DNA of 63,203 nucleotides, the filler included, from Octopus bimaculoides (Eukaryota), in NCBI RefSeq assembly GCF_001194135.2. It is 3 parts of 2 records of this genome, joined end to end, with 100 filler letters (N's around TTAATTAATTAA, not from the genome) between each part and the next. Parts side by side here need not be neighbours in the genome. Positions count along the whole stretch, not along the records: positions 1 to 23,033 come from NC_068983.1; 2 more parts are not named here. One strand, given 5' to 3'. Shown here piece after piece: positions 1-13,129 of this stretch (within the stretch, counting starts at the first letter, position 1; each line of letters begins with the position of its first letter). A model generated the notes under the pieces. It ran no database searches, had not been told where the DNA came from, and saw nothing but the letters and a program-made list of their open reading frames with translations. A program made the position numbers and the translations under genes.

Positions 1-346
1 TAAATGATTTGGCATTGGATTTGAAATCTTATTTTGCCTGTAGAATCTGATTCTCTTCTCAAATCTGCGTATTCTCTGCGCCTTCGCTTGAACTTTCTGT
101 TTCAGTGTTTCATTCGCTGACATTAGTTCTTCTCTTGTTGAGAGTCCATATTTTCTCACGATCTTCCTGCTTTTTCTTGATCTTATATCCTTTCCAGAGA
201 TTAGCTCAGTTAATATTGATATCTCCCTTCGCAACGATTCAATCTCAGTTTCAATTCTACTCCTCCAGTTTGATTTTCTTTTCGAATTTGGTATTGTTGG
301 TTTTTTGGGTGTTAAACAGCGTCTTTCGATTACCTTAGCAACAGAG
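1..346 (-). mobile_element. R4/Dong-clade non-LTR retrotransposon ORF fragment (pre-RT region), running off the window start
   Basis: Minus strand translates SVAKVIERRCLTPKKPTIPNSKRKSNWRSRIETEIESLRREISILTEL...ETLKQKVQAKAQRIRRFEKRIRFYRQNKI. This resembles the W-x-x-R-I-E...LKQK-x-x-AKAxRIRR-x-EKR-x-x-x-YRQN segment of R4/Dong ORFs. It lies next to the (ATT)n tract at 378-450. Confidence 0.75.
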
Positions 347-376
347 TAAATAATTTCATTTTATTTATTAAGATCG

Positions 377-377
<1 letters not shown>

Positions 378-450
<73 letters not shown>
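378..450. repeat. (ATT)n microsatellite
   Basis: Uninterrupted trinucleotide run in the sequence. Confidence 0.98.
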
Positions 451-1775
451 GCCATTGTTATCATTACTTCTAGGTATGTAAGCAATCGGATTATACGTCT
501 TAATTCTTTAGTTCAGGACTTAAACTTGCAATTAGTTCCATCAGAATGTACGATCTAGAATTTTTAAAGGGGAGATGGTCACCCTGCCTCCGTTGCCCTC
601 TTTTCAGGGCTCCAAGACTGTGCGATGAAGAGAACCCTCAGATTGAGGCACTATTAATCTTCAGAGAGCCCTTTTCTTTTCGGTCCTCCTTCTCTCCCTC
701 TCCCTTCTCTTCCATGTCTATACCATCTTCTATCTGTTCATACTTTATATTCTCTAAATATTAGTTCCCCGATCATACAAATCTATCATTTCATCATTCT
801 GTGTGTTCCAAGCATATTCTATTGTTCTCAGAATTAACAGGTACATAGACGTTTCATTGTTTGCTTAAGTTGTCCCCTCTTCTATCTGTGCTCTCACAAC
901 GTGATTTTATGATACCGAGGTCATTATTTATTCTTGAGGCAATGAATGTTAGAAACCTTATTAACTTCATTTAGTTAATTAGAACTATTTCTTATAATTT
1001 CCAGATATTTCTACTGTATTTCATATACGTCTGCTAATTATCACATTTCACTCAGCTCTGTAGGCCTGTTTTCTTCAATATTATTAAATCTTTGTTGGTT
1101 CACTTTTATTTATTCTTGTATATCTTATTTTGGTTCAGTTCAATATTCATCGATTTCTTCTGGAAATTACAAGTTGTATTAATTTCTTGGAACAGGACCA
1201 CATAAAAGAGAATCATTGAAAGCAATCAAATTGATGTATGTCAAATACAGGAGACGATTCCTAGAGTTGTAGCTTTCGATAGTAATCGTGAAAAAGGTAG
1301 GGAAAATATTGAAAATTTGCTGAAAGGAAATGGGGTTATAAAGGTCCCTTGAATCTCCTCGAAGGAAAATATCTATAACCTGTTTTCTTAGGGATACTTG
1401 ACGAAACTAATGTTCGTCATACATTTAGATTTTTTTTTCTGCTAGTTGATATATTTTGCGTGATTATTCTTGGTGTTGCTCTATTTATTGGTTTTGCTTA
1501 TCAATATCCAAGAATATGCCTCCTGTCAATATCTCAAAGTAATCAATTGCTGCCATTCAGCTCGTTAACACAAACAAATATTTACACCAATCACTGAATC
1601 TCCTGAATCATGTGATTCTGTTGTGTTTTATCCTGGATGAATATAGACAACAACAAACGCATTTCTGTTCTGTTCCGAACTTGCACACTTCTGGCGAGTA
1701 ACAGTCAGTCACACATCGTATCTATATCACTTCACTAATCGAGCTTGTGCTATTCATTTCTCTGCTCTCAACCTA

Positions 1776-1777
<2 letters not shown>

Positions 1778-1823
<46 letters not shown>

Positions 1824-2131
1824 TTCATATCCTCAAACACACACACACACACACACACATACACACACACAAACACACACACACACCAATGATAATTTTT
1901 ACAAACACACGCATACACATATACACACACTCACTCGCACGTATACTTATGCATGTAAATATATATTATTGGATGCTCGTTGACAGATAATGATGTTTCG
2001 ATCCAAGGTGATAATTCTCACAGATAAGTTGTAAATAATATCACTCGACTAACGCACTTTACTTCTCGAAATTTTCAGAACAATATTTTGTATAGAAAAT
2101 GCATCCGTCCCTGGTATGTATGTACATACAA

Positions 2132-2208
<77 letters not shown>

Positions 2209-2229
2209 GTCTGTCTGTCTGTCTATGTC

Positions 2230-2283
<54 letters not shown>

Positions 2284-2373
2284 ACTCTCCATCTCTCTCT
2301 CCCTCCCGTTTCTCTCTCTCTCCCTCCTGTTTCTCTCTCTCTCCCTCCTGTTTCTCTCTCTCTCCCTCCTGTT

Positions 2374-2424
<51 letters not shown>

Positions 2425-2497
2425 GGAGAGGGAGAGGGAGAGAGAGAGGGAGAGGGAGAGGGAGAGGGAGAGGGAGAGAGAGCATCACACACACACA
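1778..2497. repeat. Compound simple-repeat cluster: (CT)n, (CA)n, (TATC)n, ~21-bp unit TCCCTCCTGTTTCTCTCTCTC x~4, (TA)n, (GA)n/(GGGAGA)n
   Basis: Read directly; it explains the overlapping low-complexity ORFs at 1745-2741. Confidence 0.95.
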
Positions 2498-2559
2498 GGT
2501 CCATACAAAACATACTCTCACTGCTACCTCTAAACAACATAACACTAAGCACTTAGAAC

Positions 2560-5305
2560 ACTACAAACATCAGACTACCCCTCTTTCGACATTCCTCTAC
2601 ATCACCCATCACCAGTATGTTTCCGGACTTGTATTTTTGAAGGGACGACTTGATTTTGTTGAGACATTTAGTACTTTGAAGTATGCCTCAACAAAATCAA
2701 GTCCTTCCTTCAAAAATACAACTCCGGAAACATACTGGTGATGGGTAATTTTAACCTCCCTCATATAAACTGGCCCCCAAATACTCTGAAGTTAGGCAAA
2801 TGCACTACACCAGACAAAGCAGCTGCAGAATTACTCTTCAATCCAATGGATGAACTTTTCCTCACACAACGAGTGCTTGAACCAGCAAGACAATAAAACG
2901 ATTTTGGATCTAATACTAAGAAACCACTCTAGCTCAATTCGCAGCATTTCTGCCGAAAAGACTCTGCTCTCGGACCACGACATGATACTCTGCAACTTTA
3001 ATTTCCGGCATATCAAAACCAAACCAGCCAATTCCACTCCACGGCACTTATTTGACAACATAAACTTCCACAAAGCGGACTGGGGAGCAATCAGAAAGGA
3101 TCTGGCCTTCATCGACTGGTTTTTCACTCTCAGTTCCACTGACATTGAAACCACATGGCAAGGCTTTGAAGATATTGTCACCTATACATGCTCAAAACAC
3201 GCTTCTAAGAAATCCACAAGCAAAAACAGAAACAGGCTCATAAAGAGAGAGAGAAAAAAAAACACTCATCAGGAGAATCAAAAGACTTAATAAAAAAATC
3301 AACCAATTAAAATACTCCCATCGTCCACATTCAACAACAAAGAAACAACTGGAGTTGGAAAAAATTCATCTGCAGATCGACATGAAATCCTCCATTGAAA
3401 ATCAAAGAGCTGCAGAGGAACAGTGGTTAATAAAAACATCAAACAGAACTCAAAAGTGTTCTACTCATATGCAAATAAGCATAGGAGCGCTCTCTCACTC
3501 ATTGGGCCATTGACTGATGATAACGACATTCCCCGACACGATGCTAAAGAAATGGCAGAAGTACTGTAGAAACAATATTGCTCTGTCTTTAGTTATCCCA
3601 CTGATATTGACGTAAGGGATGTGAAAGAAGTCGATTCCCAACGTATAATCTTGGACATAACTTTTACTGCTTCAGACATCATGGAAGCAATAAATGAAAT
3701 CAAATACTATTTTGCTGTAGGCCCTCATGGATTCCCTGCTAGTCTCCTGAAGGAATGTAGACACTAATTTGCACTCCCCCTAACCAACCTCTGGAGAAAT
3801 TCTTTAGACTCAGGTTATATACCGAAAGAGCTCTTATCCGAGTCTGTCATCCCGGCTTTCAAATAGCGAAACAGATCCCTCGCAGTCAATTATCGCTCAA
3901 TCTCACACACCTCTCATATCATTAAAGTGCTTGAAAGGGTGGTAAGATCAAGGATAGCTGACTTCCTGGAGAGCCACAATCTCCTAAATTCAAACCAGCA
4001 TGTCTTTCGGTGCGGGTGAGACTGTCTAACACAGCTCTTACACCACATCAATGATATCAGGTTCGAACTCTGATGTCATATATTTTGACTTCAGTAAAGT
4101 GTTCGACAGAGTCAACCATGATATCGTTCTGTCAAAATTGTCAAGTGTTGGGATCCGTGGACAACTGCTACACTGGATTGAGTATTTCCTGGAGAACAGA
4201 ACACATGTCATGATCGATGGAATCTACTCAAGCCCAGCAAAAGTCATCAGTGGTGTCTCTCAGGAGACTGTCTTGGGCCCCACTCCTCTTTATAATCTAT
4301 GTAAACGACCTTTCCAGCGTCATAAAACACAGTAAAGTTAAAATATTTGCTGATGACTCTAAGCTCCAGAAAATCATCAATGAAGAAGACCGAACTCAAC
4401 TCCAGTCTGATCCACATGCGGTGAGTCAATGGGCAGATAAAAACAAATTGCAACTAAGCGAAGGAAAATTTGAGCTGATGCATTTTGGAAGAAAGAATAT
4501 GTTAAAACAGCCATACTCTCTTCCTTCAGGGGAGCCACTCACAGCATCTAATAATACCAGAAACCTTGTAGTAATTGTTGATAACGATCTTAGTTGGAGT
4601 GGCCACATCAATAATAAGGTCTATGTAGCTCGTAGGATGAGCTCCTGGATCATAAGAACAGATCCAAAGAACAAGGTGTCATCATTCCTCATTTCTCCTT
4701 TGTATGGATACATCTCGAATATTGCTGCTCCCTGTGGTCTCCCTATACAAAGCAAAACATTTCGAAAATTAAATCCCCCAAGAAGTCATTCACTAAAAAA
4801 GTTAAGGGCATGACTGATCTCGATTATTGGGACCGCCTTAAAGTATTGAGACTCTATTCTCTCCAGCGCCGCCGTGAGCGATACATCATTTGCAGGATGT
4901 GAAGAATATATCATCAGCATTGCCCAAATGACTTCAACATTAGTTTCAGAATTCCTCCAAGGCTAGAACCACGAGCCATACGTCCACTACCCAATTCAGG
5001 ACCACAACACATAAATACACTGCAACACAATTTCTTTTCTTCAACACATCCTCACCTATTTAACATTGTCCCAAAACAGATCAACGAGGAAAAGGATCCC
5101 ATTACCTTTAAACGGAATCTCGACAAATTTCGTCAAGGAATACCAGATATACCTGGAAACAGCTCACTTAAAAAGAACTCCATACACGAATGGACCATGA
5201 TTCCCAAAAACTTTACTTAAAAAATATTTAGCTAATCCTATCAGGTAGTGCTATTAAGTAAGACATGACCTGGACCAATCTTTGGTCGAAACATATTATC
5301 TAAGT
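2560..5305 (+). mobile_element. Degraded, 5'-truncated CR1-like LINE (ORF2 endonuclease + reverse transcriptase + 3' tail)
   Basis: APE motifs (ILVMGNFNLPHINW, LLSDHDMIL, NFHKADWGAIRKDL). RT motifs (DVIYFDFSKVFDRVNH, SGVSQETVLGP, LFIIYVNDL, KIFADDSKL). Many stops and frameshifts. 3' stem-loop GACCA-ATCTT-TGGTC near 5273-5287, followed by (TA)n. Confidence 0.9.
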
Positions 5306-5957
5306 TATATATATATATATATGAACTGATATATATATATATATNNNNNNNNNNNNNNNNNNNNNNNNNNNNNNNNNNNNNNNNNNNNNNNNNNNNNNNN
5401 NNNNNNNNNNNNNNNNNNNNNNNNNNNNNNNNNNNNNNNNNNNNNNNNNNNNNNNNNNNNNNNNNNNNNNNNNNNNNNNNNNNNNNNNNNNNNNNNNNNN
5501 NNNNNNNNNNNNNNNNNNNNNNNNNNNNNNNNNNNNNNNNNNNNNNNNNNNNNNNNNNNNNNNNNNNNNNNNNNNNNNNNNNNNNNNNNNNNNNNNNNNN
5601 NNNNNNNNNNNNNNNNNNNNNNNNNNNNNNNNNNNNNNNNNNNNNNNNNNNNNNNNNNNNNNNNNNNNNNNNNNNNNNNNNNNNNNNNNNNNNNNNNNNN
5701 NNNNNNNNNNNNNNNNNNNNNNNNNNNNNNNNNNNNNNNNNNNNNNNNNNNNNNNNNNNNNNNNNNNNNNNNNNNNNNNNNNNNNNNNNNNNNNNNNNNN
5801 NNNNNNNNNNNNNNNNNNNNNNNNNNNNNNNNNNNNNNNNNNNNNNNNNNNNNNNNNNNNNNNNNNNNNNNNNNNNNNNNNNNNNNNNNNNNNNNNNNNN
5901 NNNNNNNNNNNNNNNNNNNNNNNNNNNNNNNNNNNNNNNNNNNNNNNNNNNNNNNNN

Positions 5958-6019
<62 letters not shown>

Positions 6020-6193
6020 GGAGAGAGGGAGAGAGGAACGAGAAAAGAGAATGAGTTTGGTTTAATCACAAATATAGTTGTAGGATTAATTGACTTCCAT
6101 TCGTGTGCATAATTTCATAAGTGTATGTGTATTCATGTTAATAGAGGAAGCCGTTGATCAAAATCATTCTTTGTCGTAAAGGTGATAGCGTGT

Positions 6194-6237
<44 letters not shown>

Positions 6238-6588
6238 GTTTTCATTAGCTATCGTCTGTCTGCTACGACTTAGCTTCGTAGGCCGATTGAAAGCGCGCGT
6301 GTGTATCCCTGAATGACAGCTGTATTAACGCTCTCACCCCACTTCCACACTATATTTGTCGCTTACACAACTCTGTTCTCCCCTTCCCTAGTATCTTCCT
6401 ATACCACCTCATTTTCTTCACACTAACACCCTTACACCATTCTCATTTTATTCCAAAATAGCCCACCCTACCATTACAATATTTATGTTATAAGATATAT
6501 ATATATATATATATAATATGATATGATATAATATAATATAATATATATATATATATACTTACATCTATCAATCTATCTATGTATCTAT

Positions 6589-6697
<109 letters not shown>

Positions 6698-6769
6698 ATA
6701 TACATACGCAAGTGTGCACACGTACATATCCATATTTGTGTATGTATATGTTTGTCTGTGCAATTATAT

Positions 6770-7210
6770 TCACTGAATATTTCGCTAGAAAATTTCCTCC
6801 CTTATATATTTCAGAATCTATTCTGTTTCTGTTTATTTTTAATATTTCCCAAACTATTTCAATAAATATTTTTGTTGAAATTTAGAAATATATTTTCCCG
6901 TTTTTCTCATTCTGTCTAATTTTAAACTTTATTCTGCTTCATTTCATTTGTCCATATGTTTCTTTAGAACATTTTGATATGTTTATAGCTTTTTCGTGCC
7001 ATTTCAAAATATTTTTTTCTCGTTCTTCATAAAAGCTAGCTTTAGTCTGTAAAACTTCCTATTTCTTTGTAGAAGCATAGCATTGTTTGGTTTCCATTTT
7101 TTAAATCCTTTCTTTATATTCTGTTTGTATTATTTCAAATTCTTTCGTCTCGATTCCTGTTTTCTTACTTTCAGAATCTACGATGCCACAGACTGAGAAC
7201 AATAATACAT
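6770..7210 (-). mobile_element. Possible ancient L1/Tx1-type LINE ORF2 relic
   Basis: A-rich minus strand with broken translation ...SLKLDRMRKTGKYISKF...TETE*ILKYIREEIF*RKYS, loosely like the L1/Tx1 EN-RT linker. Confidence 0.3.
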
Positions 7211-7849
7211 TTCTACTTTATCGTATTCAATTATTTTCCCCTATCATATTCGTTAGTTTGCAAGAATAATATTCTAATTTGTTGCACTTATTCACCACAA
7301 CGAACTAAATAGAGCAATTACTTACTGATTAGGTTAATTAATTAAATTATTAACATTTAGGGAAAACATTTACTTGAGAACATCATCAATTGCCAACATT
7401 TATCAAATGTTTTTGTTTCTGCGAGTCTTTTATTGTGGCACAAATTCTTTTAAAGCACAACTATGTTTTTAACCAATGTATATATATATAAGAGGGGCCA
7501 CTAGGTGGACTGTTAATGTGCTAGAAGAAGATCACATCTATATATATACATATACATATATATATGGAGGGTATGGGTGTATGCGTGTATATATATGTAT
7601 ACATACACATATATAAGTGTGTGAGAGTGTGTGTATACATATATATTTTGGGCATGTGTGTATGTGTGTATGTATGAGTGTATCACATTGGCGGTCCCAG
7701 AATTTTATCCTAGGCTGGGTGGGCAAAATTGGTCCAGAAAATTATCAAAGGGACAAGATCTTTACACAAATCATAATACGACTTCTTATCTAATAAATCA
7801 AAAGTTATTTGTCAAAGTTAAAACATACAAAAGGTCGACTGAAAAATGG

Positions 7850-8420
7850 CAATGTCTATTAGGAGTTGGAGGAGCATAAACTACGCTAGAGAAAGCTTCC
7901 GTGTCGGTGCTTTTGCCACCGCAAAACGAAGGACGGTGTCGTCAAGATCCCGGATTTCATAACATCGTTTATTTATGGCAATTATATCTAAATTGTTCAG
8001 TCTTAGAATTGCGCAGATAATTCTTAATCCTCTTGGTAAAACTATATAACGGCCGCAATGTTACAGGTAAGGGTTAGAACAGTTCATTTCCCTGTGAAAT
8101 TTCCACTTGACGACACGTTTTGCGTTGTGGTAGTCTCTCTTCAGGTTGCCTTGGATCAGTCGATAAATCTTTGTCAAGAATCTGAGGCTACCAATGTTAA
8201 GATATGGGTTTCTTTTTCGGATTGAAATGGAAAGACCATCGTCGTATTACAATTTTCTGTCGAAAAGAAGAGTCAGAGTCCTGAGCAAATTCGATGCGAA
8301 ACGGGAACGAAGGTCTCATGGCGGAAATTGTTGAACAGATCTACGCTCCTTGGCAGCCGACACTCAACGAACTTTACTGATTTCCGAGTCCTCTGAATGC
8401 TGTGTCAAGTCGCTTTGCTC
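7850..8420 (-). mobile_element. Possible degraded RTE-like LINE 5' region/endonuclease relic
   Basis: Broken minus-strand translation includes LNNLDIIAI and SVVYAPPT, resembling APE-domain motifs. A similar ~55-bp segment recurs on + at ~9281-9335. Confidence 0.35.
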
Positions 8421-8856
8421 ATTTAGTTTTTTTCTGAAAGTAGCTGCTACTGTTGTTTGATCGTACACCGCATACCTTCATCGTTCAACTTGTTTGCTTA
8501 GATTTCACAATCACCAGTGCAGTTCGATGTCTGTTTACCTGTAGTATTCATATCCAGTGAAAAAGATTATAGCATCTTTGCTGTAGACTTCTCTATGATA
8601 CAGCCAACGCGACTTGATCAATAACAGAATATGTTCAAAGAACTCAGGCAGGAGAAAACAAGTGTAGACATAAAGTGACAAATTATCTTAATTTGTCTCT
8701 CCGATGACTTCGTTTCTTTACTGAAACGTGAGAGAGGCTCTAAAAAATGTGGAAACAGACTCAATACAGCCTAGTATAATGCATGCTGACAGAACCAACG
8801 TGAATTGAACAAGCTTTTCACGCTCCATAGGCTGTTCCTGTCTTTTGTCCAGTAGC

Positions 8857-9018
8857 TTAGTGAGGTACTGATGCACATTGGACCAAAAAATGGATAAAAA
8901 GAATTGGTGAGGACGATGAGAAACTTAGTGTCTGCATGTTTTTCACTGTCAACCAACACCACGTTGAATTGATAGACGTTGCAGTCGACATTGCCGTGGA
9001 CGTTGCAGTGGATATCGG
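8857..9018 (-). CDS. Candidate terminal exon encoding a Ser/Thr/Ala-rich peptide with a moderately hydrophobic end (unknown gene)
   Basis: Acceptor ttgtttcatttgcag|CCG at 9019. Phase-0 reading PISTATSTAMSTATSINSTWCWLTVKNMQTLSFSSSSPILFIHFLVQCASVPH*. The 12-bp repeat units differ mostly at synonymous positions in this frame. The phase-1 frame is also open, to 8771. Confidence 0.35.
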   Translation of the reverse strand, partial: PISTATSTAMSTATSINSTWCWLTVKNMQTLSFSSSSPILFIHFLVQCASVPH

Positions 9019-9610
9019 CTGCAAATGAAACAATGACTTTTATTTAAATAATCGTGATTTTTCTGTTGATGACCACAGTATCATCTTACATCAGGTTACA
9101 CTTAACAGGACGTTGACATCAACGGCATTTAGTATTGACCATGTACAATGCAATTGGAACTCAGCGTCATGTCCAGAATCTGCCTCGATATGCGATAAAT
9201 CTTTCATCGACATAATGGTCCATAATTTATCACCGAACAAGTGAGAGTTGGTCTGTTTACGAAGTGTTTTTTGCTCTATCTAGAAGAATTATTAAGAATT
9301 ATCTGCACAACAACCTGAATTAGATAATTGTTAACATGAGAGAAAGAAATATGGTGACTTGACAATTTGAGACATCTTTATTATTCACTCCCTGACAATA
9401 GGATCGAACTCGGGCTCATTGTATCTAGTTCATTGTCTTACAACTGTTTACCACGGTCATATTTTCTTTCAGAAATGTATTATAATGGTGATCTTCTCTC
9501 CAGACTCCATTAATACCTGTTATATACTGAGGATTATTCAGTCAAATGCTCGTGTCTACTAAGTTGTGGCTGCGTATCAGTGTGGAAAGATCTAACCCCA
9601 CCACGTCTTG

Positions 9611-9750
9611 TGATGAAATGTGCGATAAAGTGTGACGAAGTGTGACCAAGAGTGAGTAAGCGTGACCGAGTGTGGCCAAGTGTGACGAAGTATCAGAAGT
9701 ATTAAGTGTAACCAAGTGCAGTGATGTGAATCGAAGTGTCACGAAGTTAC
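9611..9750. repeat. Degenerate 10-bp minisatellite (TGTGACGAAG/TGTGACCAAG-like), roughly a dozen units
   Basis: Visible periodicity: tgcgataaag tgtgacgaag tgtgaccaag agtgagtaag cgtgaccgag tgtggccaag tgtgacgaag... Confidence 0.8.
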
Positions 9751-10849
9751 TATTAAATGGATGTCAAGAGATTCCAAGTTTGAGTCCAAGTTGCAATCTA
9801 AACAGAATCATGTTGTCTTCACAGTTGCATGACCATCCCAGCCGAAATTAGTAATTACTTTAAGGGAACGGCACCTTGTTTCTTTCAAATGAAAACAAGA
9901 AGCAAGTCTGTCGTCAATACAAAATTTGAAGTCTGTTACAGATTCTCATCGATAGACCAATAACAGAAATCACAAGGACAATCGATCAAAGAGACAATCT
10001 CTTTGCTTTGATTCACTCGACTTCACTTTATTATCTGATTTATCTCTTTTTCCTTCTTCTTCCTCTTCGTTTCCCCCGCCTCCTGACCACCACCACCACC
10101 ACCACCACCACCACCACCACCACCATGATGATCATCGTCATCATCCTTGTGTTTTTAACAGTTTCACAAACCTTTCTCCATCTTCGCCCCCTACCAAGGT
10201 GCACAACCTGCCAATTCCTGAATTCTGTGCGCCATTGTAGTCCGGGAATGTAGAATCGTGCTATCAAGCTCCTTCGGTCTTCTGGCGTTGTGATGTTTCT
10301 CGCATGTTTTTAATGTTTCGTCGGTTGTGATGACGATTTAAAGTGGGTGTTGCAATAGTTTGTTGGTTGCTGTTTGTGATTCGCTGTGTTGTGGTGTGAT
10401 TGGTGTTGCGTGTCTTATTATTGACCAGCCATTAAGGAAGAGTGTGAATATATCATAACAGACAATGAGGTAGGAGAGTCACGGTTGGAATTATAATCGC
10501 TCAATAAAATACGATGTACAAGAACAGTCGGAAAAACCTATGGCTATTCAGGAGATGAACCTTGAATACATTTGCATTAATTAATAACCAGTCGAATGTA
10601 ACTGGATGCAAATGCAATTGCTAGATGACTGCGCAGCAGAAACGTGCATCGGACAATTTTCAACCGAATATGCTGTGTAATGGCTATAAAAGTAAAAGTG
10701 ATGCAAATGTACTAACCTCCATATTAATTGTAATTATATACGGGTACTCTGATATAAAACCTGCAGTTAACTTAGTACTACTCATGTTGATTTGTTTGTC
10801 ACTGGAATCTACTATTTTGACCTTGAGAGTGGCAAAGTGTTGTACAAGC

Positions 10850-12058
10850 GTTTGCCCCTGAAATCCAGTGAAATGCAGTTGTTCCGACAAAACACCATCA
10901 TCGCACAATCATCACTAAAGACATTAAAAGTTTTTATAGTTTATTGAGGTAAGCTTTTGGACCGCAATCTTCATCATATGCTCCCTTGAAGTCAAAAGAT
11001 GGAAATGAGGTTATTAAAGATCCTTCTGGAATAATGAATGGATGGAGAGAACACTTTGCAGATCTTTTCCTCAATCTGTCTGTAGTGAACATGGACATCA
11101 TAAACAACATTCCGCAAAGAGAAATAGTGCAACACATAAACGATACACCTTCCTCTGAAAAAGTAAATCTGGCATTATGTCAACTGAGACCAGGTAAAGC
11201 TCCTGGATTGGATGGTATTACAGCTGAAATCCTGAGAGCAGGTGGGGATCACATTTCATCTGAGATGCATAACCTGATAACTCGAGTTTGGAATGAATCT
11301 TCTGTGCCACAAGAATAAATGGCATTCTAATCTCTGTATACAAGGGTAAGNNNNNNNNNNNNNNNNNNNNNNNNNNNNNNNNNNNNNNNNNNNNNNNNNN
11401 NNNNNNNNNNNNNNNNNNNNNNNNNNNNNNNNNNNNNNNNNNNNNNNNNNNNNNNNNNNNNNNNNNNNNNNNNNNNNNNNNNNNNNNNNNNNNNNNNNNN
11501 NNNNNNNNNNNNNNNNNNNNNNNNNNNNNNNNNNNNNNNNNNNNNNACCAGGTCTTCATAGATTTAACTAAGGCATAGAACACGGTAAGCAGGGAGGCAC
11601 TTTGGATTGTGTAAACTTGGTTGCCCAACACATTTTGTGAGCATCTTTAAAGAACTACACAGAAACATAAAAGCTCAAGTAGTCTTTAATGGTCAGCTAT
11701 CTCATGAATTTTTGGTGGACAACGGTGTCAAACAGGGAGATATTCCTGCCCCTACATTTTTCTCTATTTATTTTGCTGCGTTGCTTTGGTATACTTTCAA
11801 GGATTGCAACAGGGGAATCGGAATCATTTTTCGGATATCTGGTCGTATTTTTAATTTGATCCGGTTTAACTGCAAAGCAAAGACTTTCGAAATATTTGTT
11901 AGAGAATTACTTTATGCTGCTGATGCTAATTTGTTGGCACATTCAAAGGAGGATATGCAACATTTAATGTGAACGCAACAAAGAAGTCGTTGACGCCTTT
12001 GTTTACCTTGAAGCACACTGTCAAAAGATGATTGTCTTGGTGCAGAGATATGCTATCG
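10850..12058 (+). mobile_element. RTE-clade (BovB-like) LINE RT fragment, gapped and degraded
   Basis: AFGPQSS-YAPLKSKDG, WREHFADL, GKAPGLDGITAEIL, VFIDLTKA, NGVKQGDIPAPTFFSIYF, SGRIFNL, RELLYAADANLLAHS, then after an internal deletion VDAFVYL. The RELLYADD-type motif is typical of RTE-BovB. Confidence 0.88.
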
Positions 12059-12742
12059 AATGTTGCTAGCAAAATACTAAAGGATGAAACACTTAATACT
12101 GTTGAGGCATTCTTTGAAGCGTAGTAAAGGAGTTAGGGGTGGCCTATAGAGCCCAACTACTATTAAATTGTTGGTTTTACTAAACACAGAAGCTGCTTCA
12201 CACTAACCATTGGTAAATACGATCATTGTTTTAGCAGAAAAAGAATTGTGCAGGAAAATGACGGTCCCATCCTTTCTTCTGCCGACACGATCTGCACGGA
12301 TGGCTGTAAAATTCTTCACTCATACCTCAGCTTCCAAGTGGAGGTTTTTGAGATGGGTGTCTGTAAGGACGAACAAAAAGATATGGTGTGGATGGTCATT
12401 AACCCAGTTCTCAATAAATTGGATCTTCCATTTTTGGGCATTGGTGGAAAGGCTGATGCCTTGTGCTTTGAGCAAAAATGTTGAGGCGATAATGGTGACT
12501 AATTTTGACTGTTTTGGTGATTTGCTTGTGAATGGCAGCAATGGGAGTTTGTGCAATAGGGTGGTGGTGGGGTGGCCTTGTGTGATGGTTAGGATGTTCT
12601 TTTGTAGGTTTTTTTCCAGGTTCATTATGGCTAAAAAAGAATTCTGTTTGGAGAACTGGAAATCTTTGTGGTTGTGGGTTTTGTATTGGTTAGGGGTTCC
12701 TATTATATTCTTATTTGTGTGACGAGATGGGTAAATGAGCAA
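12058..12742 (-). mobile_element. CR1-like LINE fragment (N-terminal endonuclease of ORF2), abutting the RTE fragment
   Basis: Minus translation ...NAQKWKIQFIENW...FLFVLTDTHL...AIRADRVGRRKDG...NLIVVGLYRPP...FKECLNSIK, i.e. APE motifs TETHL, RxDR and YRPP. Confidence 0.75.
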
Positions 12743-12964
12743 TTATGCTGTAGACATAATCTGTTACGCTGGGAAAAGTAACAGACTCTAGGGTTCCGTG
12801 TAACATGAGTGGTTTTTTTCAAATTTAATTTAGTATTTGGTGAGGGTGATGGCAGTAGTACACTCACACTATATATGTATATCCGAGTTCGATCATATTG
12901 CTTGACAGCTTACATCGAAGCCTCAAGCTCTTGCGTGGAATGTGGTAAACCGAAAGCATGCGAA

Positions 12965-13085
12965 AGTCCATCGTATGTATGTATGTATGTATGTATGTAT
13001 GTATGTCTCCTATTTTTAATTATTTGAAATTTTCCACCGAGGAAGGAGCTGATTTCTAACAAAGTTACAAAGCTCCGTCAATGGC
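12965..13085 (-). mobile_element. 3' tail of a retroposon with (CATA)n end, copy 1
   Basis: Aligns by eye with 15670-15790 (gtatgtctc..tatttttaattatt..ttttccac.gaggaaggagctg.tttc.aacaa). Confidence 0.55.
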
Positions 13086-13129
13086 CGCCATGACACTTTC
13101 ATATGGGAGGAGGTGAGAGCTAAAGACCA

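Noticed and set aside
1985-2030. Hammerhead-like ...CTGTGAG...atc-accttg-gat-cGAAAC on minus
   Set aside because: Wrong spacing to stem II, no CUGAnGA, and no helix III or stem I pairing.
5262-5300. Stem-loop followed by GAAAC at the CR1 3' end
   Set aside because: No CUGAnGA box upstream; better explained as the usual LINE 3' stem-loop.
9070-9315. Minus-strand acceptor ctaattcag|G and a downstream 60-codon frame
   Set aside because: All three frames stop soon after the good acceptor; the longer frame needs a weaker acceptor and has no good donor.
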